The notes under the pieces are model-generated. The model did no database searches. It saw only the letters and a list, made by a program, of their open reading frames with translations, and had not been told where the DNA came from. Shown one piece after another: positions 30,801-42,800 of a DNA stretch of 64,000 nt. The stretch comes from Balanoglossus misakiensis (taxonomy: Eukaryota > Animalia > Hemichordata): positions 6,626,699 through 6,690,698 of the forward strand of contig CM082581.2 in the NCBI GenBank assembly GCA_040954595.2, given 5' to 3'. The stretch's first letter is position 1. Every line of letters begins with the position of its first letter. Position numbers and translations under genes: made by a program.

Positions 30801-33800
30801 GAAGTTCAAACGTGGTGATCCCCTCTTATGCCGGGTAAGCATCAAGTCCACATTCAAATAGTGCTACAGGTCCACAAGTCACAGTCAAACCTGTGTTAGT
30901 GGCCACCTCTATATAGTGGCCATGTTACAGTCCCCGTGCAATTAACATGTACAGTAAGGCCACCTGTCTATGAAGACCGGTTCAGGAAAGTCCCTTGACT
31001 GTGTACTAAGATTAGTTTGTACATTTCAAAATCTGATCAAAATTGCAGTAAGTTACCAATGTACACCAACTTGCTTGTAGTTGCCTAAATTTCCATATAT
31101 ATTGATGTTGTTTACAGGTTTTATGCAGTGACCCGAAGAAGAAGCGTCTGATTCTGACTCACAAACGGACGTTGGTGGAGTCTGATCTGCCTGTCCTGGG
31201 CAGTTATGACAAAGCCGAGCCCGACATGTGCGTCCATGGCATGGTGGTCTCCGTTGGCAACTACGGCTGTATTGTCAAATTCTACAATGATGTCAAAGGT
31301 CAGTGGGAGAGATCCAGCTACCAATGAGATTAGTTTATGCATGGGAATATTTCTATGGCTGTTTCCACACTTATATTAACTCATGATGTAATACACATTT
31401 CGTTTTGGGAATGATCTATCATCTTTTGAATTTTATTGCCACAGGTCTGGTTCCCAGGTCTAAGCTTGGTGCTCAATGCGTAGAGTCACCTGAAAGTATT
31501 TTTTACAAAGGTCAGGTTGTCAAATGTCAGATCCTTTCCTGCAATCCAGGGGAAGAGAAGATGACGCTTTGTTTGGAGGTAGGCAGGCACAATACATGAG
31601 TTGAAAAATGAGCCAGTCAACTACCAACATATTCTCACAAAACCATACTTTGCGATAAAAAGGAGAAAATACCAGTATCTCATCCCTTTATTAGAAAAAT
31701 CATCAATGTTGCTTGGCATTCTAACAAGCATTAATATATAACAGTTGTTTGTTTGAGCTTTTTTCTCACACCTCTTTCTTCTCTATTTTGTATTTTCAAT
31801 TTCCATAATCTCTTTTTTCACGATAGGGTTCTCCGAGTACATCACATGTTGCAGAAGTACACAGTGATTTTGAAGTTGGAAAGGTAGGTCCAGTTTGTTG
31901 GAACTGTTTTAGAAGACAAGTGCTTGCATGCGTGTTTCAAATGGTAGCTTTACTACACTTGCTCATTGTTTTATAGCTTTTATAGTCCTGATTTTCTTTC
32001 CTCTTTCGTTATCGGGTACGGCCATAGTTAACCCAGGCCAAGGTCGTCGCCCGGACGAACGAAGGCCTGAAAGTGGAAGTATCGCCGTCCGACACACCAG
32101 CACTGCTTCCCAAGATGCACCTGTCTGATAGCACATCAAATGCAGAAACGTTGTTCAACTGTTACCAACCTGGTGATGTCATCACTGAAGTCATGTACTT
32201 GACCAAACAGACTGAGCTTGTATCCTTTCTTAACTGTCACCAAGAAAATCAAATCCTCCAGTTAATTTTTGTTAATTACAACAGATAATTGTTAATTCAG
32301 GGTTCTGCCAAAGGTTGACTTCAGTGCAGTTACTCATTAATATGCATACTCATTATATTCATTGTCTGTTGCAAGTCATACCAATTCATCAATGTATCAA
32401 ACTGAGACAAGTATACTGGCAAATTGGCATCCAAGAAGGATGAATTACTCCTAGATGAAACACTGGGTAATGTTTGGCATTTTATGAGGTGTATCTTAGA
32501 ATTCCTTGACAAGCCACCATCAGATTGTCACCAAGAAACCGTCTCTGATTCAAGCAGCAAAAGATGGCAAAATTGTCGCAAGCTTCAATGACTTGGAGAC
32601 TGGGTGTGTGCTGGCTGGGTTCGTCAAGAGAATCGCAGCGTACGGTGTATTTGTTGAATTTCCCAATAATCTGAATGCTCTGTGCCCCAAAATGGTAAGT
32701 ATTCACAGATTATGAGGTATAGACACAAGTAGTGAAACAAGACTATGAAATTCACTGGCAAAGATTGAATTCAACTTCCACAATTGTGTTTGCCAAAAGA
32801 AATTTCTGATCCATCAAGACTGTCTGTCATTTTAAACTACTGTCTGTGCAGATGAATACCCTTGATTCTCAGAAACGATGAAAATGAGTGCTTGATGTGT
32901 TTTCTGACTAATCTTGGAAACATTCCGTTTTAACCTTAAGTCGTCTTGGCCTTGTTTCAGTACATGGCGGATATCTACGTACCAGATGCCTCACTACCCT
33001 ACAAAGAAGGCCAGTCTGTGTCTGCCTACGTACTGGAAATTGACAACGAGAAGAGGAGGTTCTTGGTCAGCTTGAAACCATCGCAGTGTCACCCTCACTA
33101 CGATCGTGGTGGTGTTTCTTTACTCGGACAGTATTTACGTGAAAGGGACTCGGTCGTTGAAAAGGTGCAACAAGGTAAGTATTGCGAATGATTGAAGAGT
33201 GTTTCACAAAAAAACAAGCACCCAGGGTGACAGCTAAGCTCTACCTTGTGAAATATTGGTAAATGGATGCTGAAGTTTCTTATGTTTATGATAACATCAT
33301 CGTGTGTTGTTTCATCTCAATTTTTTCCCAGTTCCCACTAAAAGTAAGGTCACCGGAATGAGACTGGGATCAGTGCTGATGGCAACCGTTGCAGAGGTGC
33401 AGGAAAACGGATTACTGCTGCAGCTGGAAAACGGGACCACTGGCATAGCGTCTATCAAGCACACTGAAGGTGAGATCAATTGCTATTTTTTCCCTGAAAA
33501 GAATTAGGTTTGATTGTTTCTTAGTGGGTACCATACATCATCTGATGAAAAGTGCTTTGACCAATGTGTAAGGCCATGATTGAATTCAGCATACTCCTGC
33601 GACAAAACCTTCAAAACACTCGATTTGAACATATGAATTTTAAAATCTAATGAGAGGACCGACTTGAACTTAGTCTGTCAGGTAGCTGTTTATTTGAATG
33701 CAACTATCCCAAATGTGATTGAAATGTCCAAACTTAGAAGACGTGGTAATCTGTCATATTTTCAGGCGTAGACTGCCCCCAGGGATCAGATGTCAAAGTG

Positions 33801-36800
33801 TGTGTACTGCATGTCAACTACGACAGCAACATTGTCGAGGTCACGCTGAAAACCCAGATCGTCAAGACGGCTGAAAAGATGGTGCAAAAGAAGAAGCTTC
33901 CGAAGGTATCTCATCTCAAATCTTGTAGTTTTGATTGGGTGACACTCATCTGGAGTGTGTATGCGGGCTGGATGAATATTCTTGTAAATGTACTCTGATA
34001 GATGCACTATGTGAGTTGGGTCAGAGGTCACAGGCTCTTCTGTCAGTTCATTGTTTGTGAAAGGGGGTGGTAACGAAAAAAGCTGAAACATACCAATGTA
34101 AATATTCTGTTTAATGAAGATTCAACTACAGAAAATACATAAAAATATAGAAAGCATATATTATTTGTGGCCTATATTTTTCACAATTAAAATATGGATG
34201 TCATTTTCAACTCTTCAAAAAAAATTCAGATACTTGACTTTCATGTCTGGTTTTGAGAGCTTACGTTGCCTAAAGTGAGAACTATGATTTTGAAAAAAAA
34301 AACGTGCACTGGACAAGATCATCTCATTAGGTCACATCACCTCATCCTGAATCTCCAACATTTCACGATCTGGAGCACGTGGAACTCGCCGTTCACGCTT
34401 CGGTCGATTCAGCTTTCGGATGTGTTTCACGTGCGGCATGGCGTAGTACAGCTTCTCCCAGAAGAGGGGGTCGTCCTTCTCCAAGTAGGTGTTCGTCTCC
34501 AGGAAGGTCTTCAGCTGCTTGTCCAGTTTGTCCGGGTCGATGTCCTCCATGTAGAGGACGATCAGCCGGCTGGATTTGTCCGTCAGAACCTGGTGGTGGG
34601 CCTGGCTGAACTCGTAACTGCACCACTCGCTCTGCAGGAAGTTGTTGGTCAGCACGAGGATGGTGCGGCTGCTCTGCTCGACGGCCTCCACGATGCTCTC
34701 CGCGATGCACCCGCCCACGACGAAGTCGCGGTGGTGGATGCAGACCTTGTACGGAGGGTCGTGCTCCTCCAGGTTCTTCAGCAGCTCGTTCTTCACCCAG
34801 CGCAGGTCCTGGCTGGAGAAGGACAGAAAGGCGTCGTAGGTCTTGTTCTCCTCGAACGCCTCCGGTTTCTCCATGATCCTCCAGCCGGTGACGTTGTAGA
34901 TGACCACCCGCGCCGTGTTGCGGAACCGGAACGCGACGGCTGCGGCCACCATGACGACGGCGGTGAGTCCCAGCACGCCGGCGATGACCCGGCTCTGGGT
35001 GTCCGTCAGCTGGATCGGGCGGGGCCGGTCGGTCGCGGTGGCGTTGCAGCCCAGGTCGGCCGCGGTCAGCTGCAGGACGGACCACACGTCCGTGGAGTTG
35101 ATCTCGTGCGGGGTGGTGCAGTTGACGTCGGACAGGTACGGGACCACTGCCTTGTGTTGCAGCATCCAGTCCTTCATGTCCACCCATTCCAGCTGGCAGT
35201 CGCAGACGTAGGCGTTGCTGTGCAGGCCCAGCATCTTGAGTGCAGTCGTGTCGTTGAACAAATCCACGTCCAAATACGCCAGCCTGTTGTTGTTCAGCAT
35301 CAGGAAGACAAGTTTTCCCAGGTTGGCGAAACTGTATGCGCCTATGCGCGAAATGTTGTTGTGGTCCAAGTAGAGGTCTTCCAAGTCGGACAAGGCAGTG
35401 AATTCAGACCCGGAGATTTCCGAGAGTTCGTTGAATGAGAGGTCCAGGTACGTCAGGCCAAACAGTGGTTCAAGTGCGCCTTCTTGGATCCAGGCAATGG
35501 AGTTAAAGGCCAGGTTGAGTTCCCGCAAGTTGGCCAAGTCGGCGAACCAGCCCTTGGAAACACGAGCGAGTTCATTTCCTTGTAATTGCAGCACGGTGGT
35601 GTTGGGCCAGATGCCGCGGGGCAAATCGCGGAACCCCCGAAAGCTGCAGTTTGTAATGAACACGGAGGTCTCCAAGGCGACCCGGTTACACGTACAGTTG
35701 ACCGGACACAGCTGCGGGACCTCACACCAGAAATCGCCGATGTCGACGAACGCGATGGTCTTCCCGAGTAGTCGGCTGGGAGAGCGGCACTGGAGATTGG
35801 AGAGGCTCGGCACGAACACCAAGTTGACGAAATCCCGTATTTTGAGAAAGCCCGTCTCGTTGAAGAGCACGGCGAACATGTCGCAGTCGCAGGACAGCGG
35901 ATTTGCGTCCATGTACAGGTACAGAGTCCACTGGGTGTTGATCAGTCCGGTGGATCTGGCATCGTGGAAGAGGTTCAGGTTCTTCAACTGGTTGTCGTTC
36001 AGTTTGAGGTGCTTCAGATTCGGGAGGTGATAGAGGGATGCGTCGTTGAAGTATACGAGGCTGTTGTGACTCAAGTCGAGGGTTTCCAGTTTTGCTAGTT
36101 GGTAGAACGCGCGCCGTGGCACCGTTATCAGATGATTGTGCGAAAGATCGATCTCTGTCAGCGAGTCGCTCTGGGCAAATGCGTACTCCGAAAGAGTAGA
36201 AATGTTGTTTCCCTGGAAAGTGATGTACGTGAGGTAGGGAGCGTTCACCCGGTGGATCACATGCCTTGGAATTTCACGGATGAAGTTGAGACTCAGGTCC
36301 AGCTTGGACAGAATCGTGCATCCGTCAAAGGTCAGGTTTTCCAGGGACTGGACTCCGGTCTGCTTGAGGCTGAGGGTTTGCAGCGACGGCAGGTTGCGGA
36401 AGAGATCCGTCGGAAACACCGACCTGAACAACCACGAGTGATAGTTTTCGCTCACGTCGATGCTCGTGAGGGCATGCAGGCCTCGGAAGACGTCCCCCGG
36501 CAGTGTCAGAAAGTTGAACTTCAAGTTCAACTCTTGCAACTTCCCGAGTCCTGCGAAGATGTCTACGGGCAGCGTTGTCAACTGATTCAGGGAGAGATCC
36601 AACACCATCAAGTTGCCGAGGCTGCGGAAGACGTTTGAATTTAGGGTCCCCAGGTGGTTCGAACCGAGGTAAAGAACTTGTAGATTTGTCAAGTTTTGGA
36701 AGATGCCTGCAGGCAGATCCTCGATTCTGTTGCCGTTGAGGTCCAGAAACGTGAGATTGCGCAGTGGTGCAAATGTGTCCTCTCGCAGGCCTTTCAACTG

Positions 36801-39800
36801 GTTCATTGGCAAGCTCAATACCTTGAGGTTGACCAGGTGCGCGAAAGCATTGTCTGGTAGTCGTCTCAAATGGTTCTGGCCCAGATTGAGTGATAACAAC
36901 TGGTTTGGTACGCGCGTGTCGCATGGCTGAAGCCCGATACATGTGAGTGCGTTGGGGAACATGTTGAAGGAGTTGCCTCGCAGGCCGAGCAATTTCAACC
37001 GCCGCAGGTGCCGCAGTGCGCCTGCGCTGATCAGGGACGTTTCGGAGAAGGTGATGTTCAGAATTGCTAGATTCGGGAGACGGGGCAGTGTCTCCTCTGT
37101 GATTCTGTACAAAGGCAGTAGCTGCAGCTGCAGGTCGGTGAGGTAGAATGTGTGCACCAACAGTTGCGTGAGGTTGGGTGGTTCGGGCAGCGACCAGCCC
37201 AGCAAGTCTACGGCTAGCGTCGGTGGCAGCACGGTTGGCTCATTCAGCGACACAAAGTCTGCTGTGCAAAATATTCTGTCGTAAACTAACGTTGTTACTA
37301 GGCTGTTCTGGCAGGTGCAGCCTCTGATGCACGTCAGTGGAGGTGACGGAGTCTGTGTTGTTGACAGACCGCACACTGTGAGCGTAAATGTGAGAAAGTG
37401 AAGTATACGTGTTTTCATCATTGCCGTATTCTCGGCCCTCCAAAATTACATCATTGCACGGTTACTTTAAAAGATGTCGTTGTCTCCTTATTTGGTCATC
37501 TCACATGCCTAGCTGCAAAAGATCTTGGCACTTGTTCGCAATCATGCAACATTGGACTCCTGCTGTCAACACAGATTCGAGTCTTACTGCTCTGCTGTAG
37601 GCACTTTTCTTGGCTCACTCTGAGGTTGAGTGGAATGCTTGTTTTCCCAATGGCTTCTTCCTTTATATATAACTAGTACTTACTTTCAAATCTGGAAAGA
37701 AATATAAAATAGTAACATAAATCCATTCTTGTGATAAACTACTAAAAGAATTTCATAAATAGGAAGATTTTGCCAAATACAGATTTGTTACATAGATGAA
37801 AGTTTCATAACTGATTGATAAATGATGTGTTAGTTGGTAAAATGATGAATGGCATTATTGACCCTTCTTGCATGGACAGTCAGCGGAACAAGAATGCTGG
37901 GTTGGTCAAGTTCCGCATATATAAACTTTTATAGGTCAGAGGTCACAAACGTGTAAACTTAGGTTGGCCTTAATTCAGATTCGATCAAGTGTGAAAGCAC
38001 TTGTTTGTCAGACCAAAATATTTGCCAGAAAGTACTGTTAATAGCCCGGACTGTTTCCTTGTCCAATTTTGCTAAGTGAACGACACTTTACTCTAATACT
38101 TATAATGCCCATTCTTATCAGCATCAGCCATCATCACTTGTATATAAACACAGATTATAAATGGTTTCAGACATCTTGCTGTTTTGGTTATTGTTTTAGT
38201 CTTAGGGCAGGGTTTTACATGACGCGCATTTCTGCGTCCTTTACGCACAAAACTTGGCGTGGGACCCGTCAAAAACTAAACCATGCGTCCCTTGGGACGC
38301 ATGAAATATGTCTATTGTTGAGACCCTTGTTGCACGTTTCCTGATATCTAATGGGTGTACGCGTACACAGAGAGTCAATTAAACAGTTAATGACCTTATG
38401 ACCTGTAATCGATACTGATAACAGTTTCATAGCAAACTTGTAGCAAACTTGGTTTATTAATGAATTTGATACAGTTTACATACACGCAGTCACCCTCTTG
38501 GGAATTATAAGTTACACTACGATATCACGCCTATATCGCACTTTGCTGTGTGCAAGCAGTGAACTACCGAGACTCCTATTGCTCTGAAACCAACTCCGTC
38601 CATGAGTACCAGCAGTCTTAGTTTTGTTGAAAACCCTGAACTTAAACTTTAAATATAGATTCAGCTGCAAATTTCTCGAATAAGACTTTAAGAAGACCAA
38701 GTTGAGAGTACATGTACTGGTATTCTCCATATTATATGCTTTAGGTCAAAGGGTCACTCATAAGGTGATGTTCAAGATGGGACCCCTAGCCATACTACAG
38801 TTGATCTTGGAATTACTCCCTATATCTTGTAGACAATATCATTTTATGATTTGGATTGGTATTGATTCTTACAACCGTTGCCCATTCACAGAAGGATTTT
38901 CTAATTTCCAGCATTGATAAAATGATAAAATATTCTGGTGAAATAAATTGGGACCCCCATGGTTTGATGTAGGACCCCCATTTTTCAACACTAGGAGTCC
39001 CAGGGACTCCCAAAAGTAAAAAGCGATGTAAAACCCTGTTAGGGTAAAGATTTTTCTGAAAATTGAAGTTTATAACTAATGAACTATGTAAAGGGATAAA
39101 TTTAGGAACAAAGCAAACAAAAATAGTCAACGTTTGGTGTGTGTTTTCAAGAAGTTTCAAGACCAAGAGGTATCACTTTGTTTAGTCTAGTATCTAGCCG
39201 TAGTTTGTCCGCTTTGCTTGGAAGCAATATAGATACTAGACTACACTTTGTACAATGCACGACTGCTTGAATGATGTGAAACAGTACATGGCCTTGAGAG
39301 TTCAAAAAAAGCCTCACATGTCCAGATATTTGATATCTTGATTCAGGACTTTTTGATATCATGTTTTCACATGTGATAACTGCGGAATGAAGATGAGCTG
39401 CTTGTGGCGTCCACGTGGTACAGAGATAAAACCTAAACTTACCGTAGTTAGTCTGGTCAGTCTTCTTAAACATCCATTGGGGAGCTGTCGGGGTTCATAA
39501 CAACATGGTCAAAACTGGAACATTGGGATCAGCGTAAACTGTTTTTATGGTGCCACAGACGCTCTCGAATCTTCAAGGGTTGTGACATGGGGCACGTGTC
39601 AGGGTCTGACCTTGTTTGCTTTGGACAATGCAGAGGTCACTGTTCAGTGAATGCGTTGAATGGAAGCACTGAGTAGTGAAATGGGGGTTAGATACAGGAT
39701 GTGACTCATATCACGTTGCAGCAGTTGTCGGTGTCGTGGGAGGAAAAGACTGTCTCAGACAATGCATTCTATATATATATATGGGTCAGTGTATGTATAT

Positions 39801-42800
39801 AGGTGCTGGTACCAATTTCGGTATCTTAGCATTCCTAGGGGATACCGGTCGAACCTTTGGAAGATGAAAATCAACCAGGATGCCAGGGGGTCTTGTGTGT
39901 GTATATATGTTATACAGAACATATACCAGCTTTTATCCAAATAAAGTATAGGGAAATTATGTAATATAGAATGCCTTGTTTGTGGCCTGTCTGTAGGCCG
40001 TAGACCACGTTGTGGTAATACTTTGATTTGCCTTCCACAGCTATTATAACTCATTTCATTAGCCATATGCATGAACAAGCAAACAATTAAAGATAAATTT
40101 AGAAACGTAATATAAATACATGTAGTAGAGATCACCTGTATTAATTAGCACACAAATACATGACCAAGTTCATGTTTTTGGCTTCTTACAACATCACAAC
40201 TATTCGAATAGATACTTATTCTCTGAGATATTGCAAGCTATATACTATTATATATACAGAACTGCTTTACAGTATTTTCTAATTGCTTTCTTCTGTAGGT
40301 TCCAAAGCATCAGAAATGTGAAGCGTGTGTGGAGCTTGTGAAAGATGACATAGTGATTGTATCCCACAGCAACGGGCAGCTGGCCATGCTCCCTGGTAAA
40401 AAGGTAATAGAAAAAAATAGAGAGAGTTTTTCTTTAGGATCACAAGGAAAATGAATTCTGTACTGACCTGTCGAGTTTTGTTGGATCGATCTGTTGCAGT
40501 CATGGACAGTGGACCATGTAAATACAAATTGCTCATAACCAAATTTTGGGAGAGGCAATGTGAAATCTTGAGAAATCCTTTTTCCTCTTATTTTCAGCAT
40601 TTGAATGACGGAGTGCGAATGAAATCAGATGTGCTCCATGTTGGACAGAAGATTGAGGTTGTCATCAAAAAGTGAGTTTAACTGTGTGTCCCGCACGATA
40701 ACAGTATGATGGTAGTTTGATGTAGTCTGCCTGTAATGTAGTGCTGTGTGTTCATATGTAATTCATGGCTGCCAGTGACCCACTAAAATTGTTGTGGTTC
40801 TGTAAAAAATAAATACTCAGAGATTAAAATCAGGTAAACCCCTGCCAAATTCTTTTAACCAAGCTATCTGTTTGGTGTGCCTTGATAAATAACCAACGTT
40901 TCTTGATGCGTCTTTCAGGTCGACTCAAAACAGTACCATTGGCATCCAAGACGACAGTAAGCTGAAACTGGATAACACACGCAGCAGACAAAAGAACAAA
41001 GGAGCCACCCTCAATTCTGAGGAGAGACAAAACGAACACACAAAAGCTGTCACCAATCAAACAGGAATAGAAATTGGCACATCAGTTTCAGCTGTGTACG
41101 TATACTATAATCCCATACAATGTAGCCATACTTTGATTTCATAGGGTTTAATGCTTACTTTATTGTCAGTGCACTAGTACTAAATACTGCTTGTGTTAGT
41201 GAGTGGGGGAGTTCTGGTCTTGTATCCAGCCATGTGTTGTTCGCATATGTTCATATCTTTTTTAAAAAGAAGAAGACCTCTTGATTACATGTATTAACTT
41301 TAACTGGTACATTAATTTCAGGGTGAAATCTGTGAGGGAGACATGTATGCATGTAGTGGTCAGTGGTTCGGTACCAGGACGAGTCCATGTCACCGAGATA
41401 CTGGACAAACCAACAGAGGTGAGATATATATGCAAGGGAGGGAAGTGTATAATACATGAGAATGGCCAATCCCAGGGAATAGTCAAACTGGCAGTGGCAG
41501 CAGACAACCAAAAATTAAAAAAAAAACACTTGGAAATTCATGTCAACTTTTTTCATCAAAATTCATCAAGGTACTAACTTCCGCCATGCCAAAACATTGA
41601 CAACACGACGATCATCTTCAAGATCCCAAATTTTGATCTACCTTCTGCCATATTTTCACCCGACTCGAACATTTTCTTGCATATGTAGAGTCAGTATCCA
41701 CTGAAAGCTTTCACACCGGGGCAGAGGATTGAAGGCACAGTGATCGGGTACCAAGACGTCAAACACAATAAATTCCTCCCTGTGACACACCCTGACTTTC
41801 AACAGACAGGGCTGGAAATAACACTGAAAGCAAGGTGAGTATTTTCAACGCATGTTAAGTGATAGACCACACAGCCGTGATTCACTGGCAATAGTTGGCA
41901 TGTTATATCTTTATGCCTGGTGTTTGAATGATAACTCCAGAAAAATACAAGAACTTGATTCACGTCCATGGAATATTTCATTGTCTTTAATTGCACAGTA
42001 AACTGAAAGCTGATCCTGTGAGTCTTGACGAAGCAGAGTACTTCATGGACATCGACAAACTTCTGGCACGGTACAAGGTTGGAGAAACCGTGTGGTGTTA
42101 CGTTGAGAAGGTATGTCTTCATGCACTGTGTTTCAAGGTGAATACTTGTTTATATTTGTGGCTGTATTCTCCCCAACACCTAGCAGTGTCCTATCGCCAG
42201 GACTTTGTGTGTTAATATCATGAAACTTCAAAGTGTTGCCTGTTTCTTACCCTGTGCCTCCAGTACGAGAATGAATTCCTGAGGGTGAACGTCACGCCAC
42301 GGATCCGAGGAGACATCCACCGTCTGAATCTCTCCAAGATCCCACAGGAGCTGCAGACCCCCCAGAAACAGTTCAGGACCGGTCAGTCTTACAAGGCAGT
42401 GATCGCCAGGGTGGACACGGAGCATAAGAAACTAGAGCTGACCAGAGCGGGTGAGTGCAAATCTTTCTCTGTATTTAACCCTTTCACCAGAATGGTCTGA
42501 TCCAAATCATTTGTTTCCTATCGTAAAATTGGACCTCTATATAGGGGTACAGGGGTGAAAGCGTTAAGTATACAACAGTTGTGCCCTTGATATCAGCTCA
42601 CCCCTGTGTATGAAATAGTATTGGCATGCAAATAACATCCTCTTTTAACCAATGGAACGTTTCTTTTTCTCATAGGGTTGCCATCACATGACCTGAAAGT
42701 TGGTGCCATTATGAACGGACAAATCAAGAAGATTCATCACGACGGTCTACTGGTACAACTTGCAAATAAACATCTTGGGAAAGTTTATATCACGGATCTG

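Noticed and set aside
28500-33700. Possible intronic C/D snoRNAs in PDCD11 (TGATGA/CTGA-like words near 28590, 32877, 33543)
   Set aside because: I could not find a convincing box C/D spacing with a terminal stem or an rRNA-complementary guide. snoscan or Infernal would be needed.
34266-35438. 390-aa plus-strand ORF and other long overlapping ORFs across the TLR
   Set aside because: They are antisense or alternate-frame shadows of a GC3-rich coding region, with no recognisable domain.
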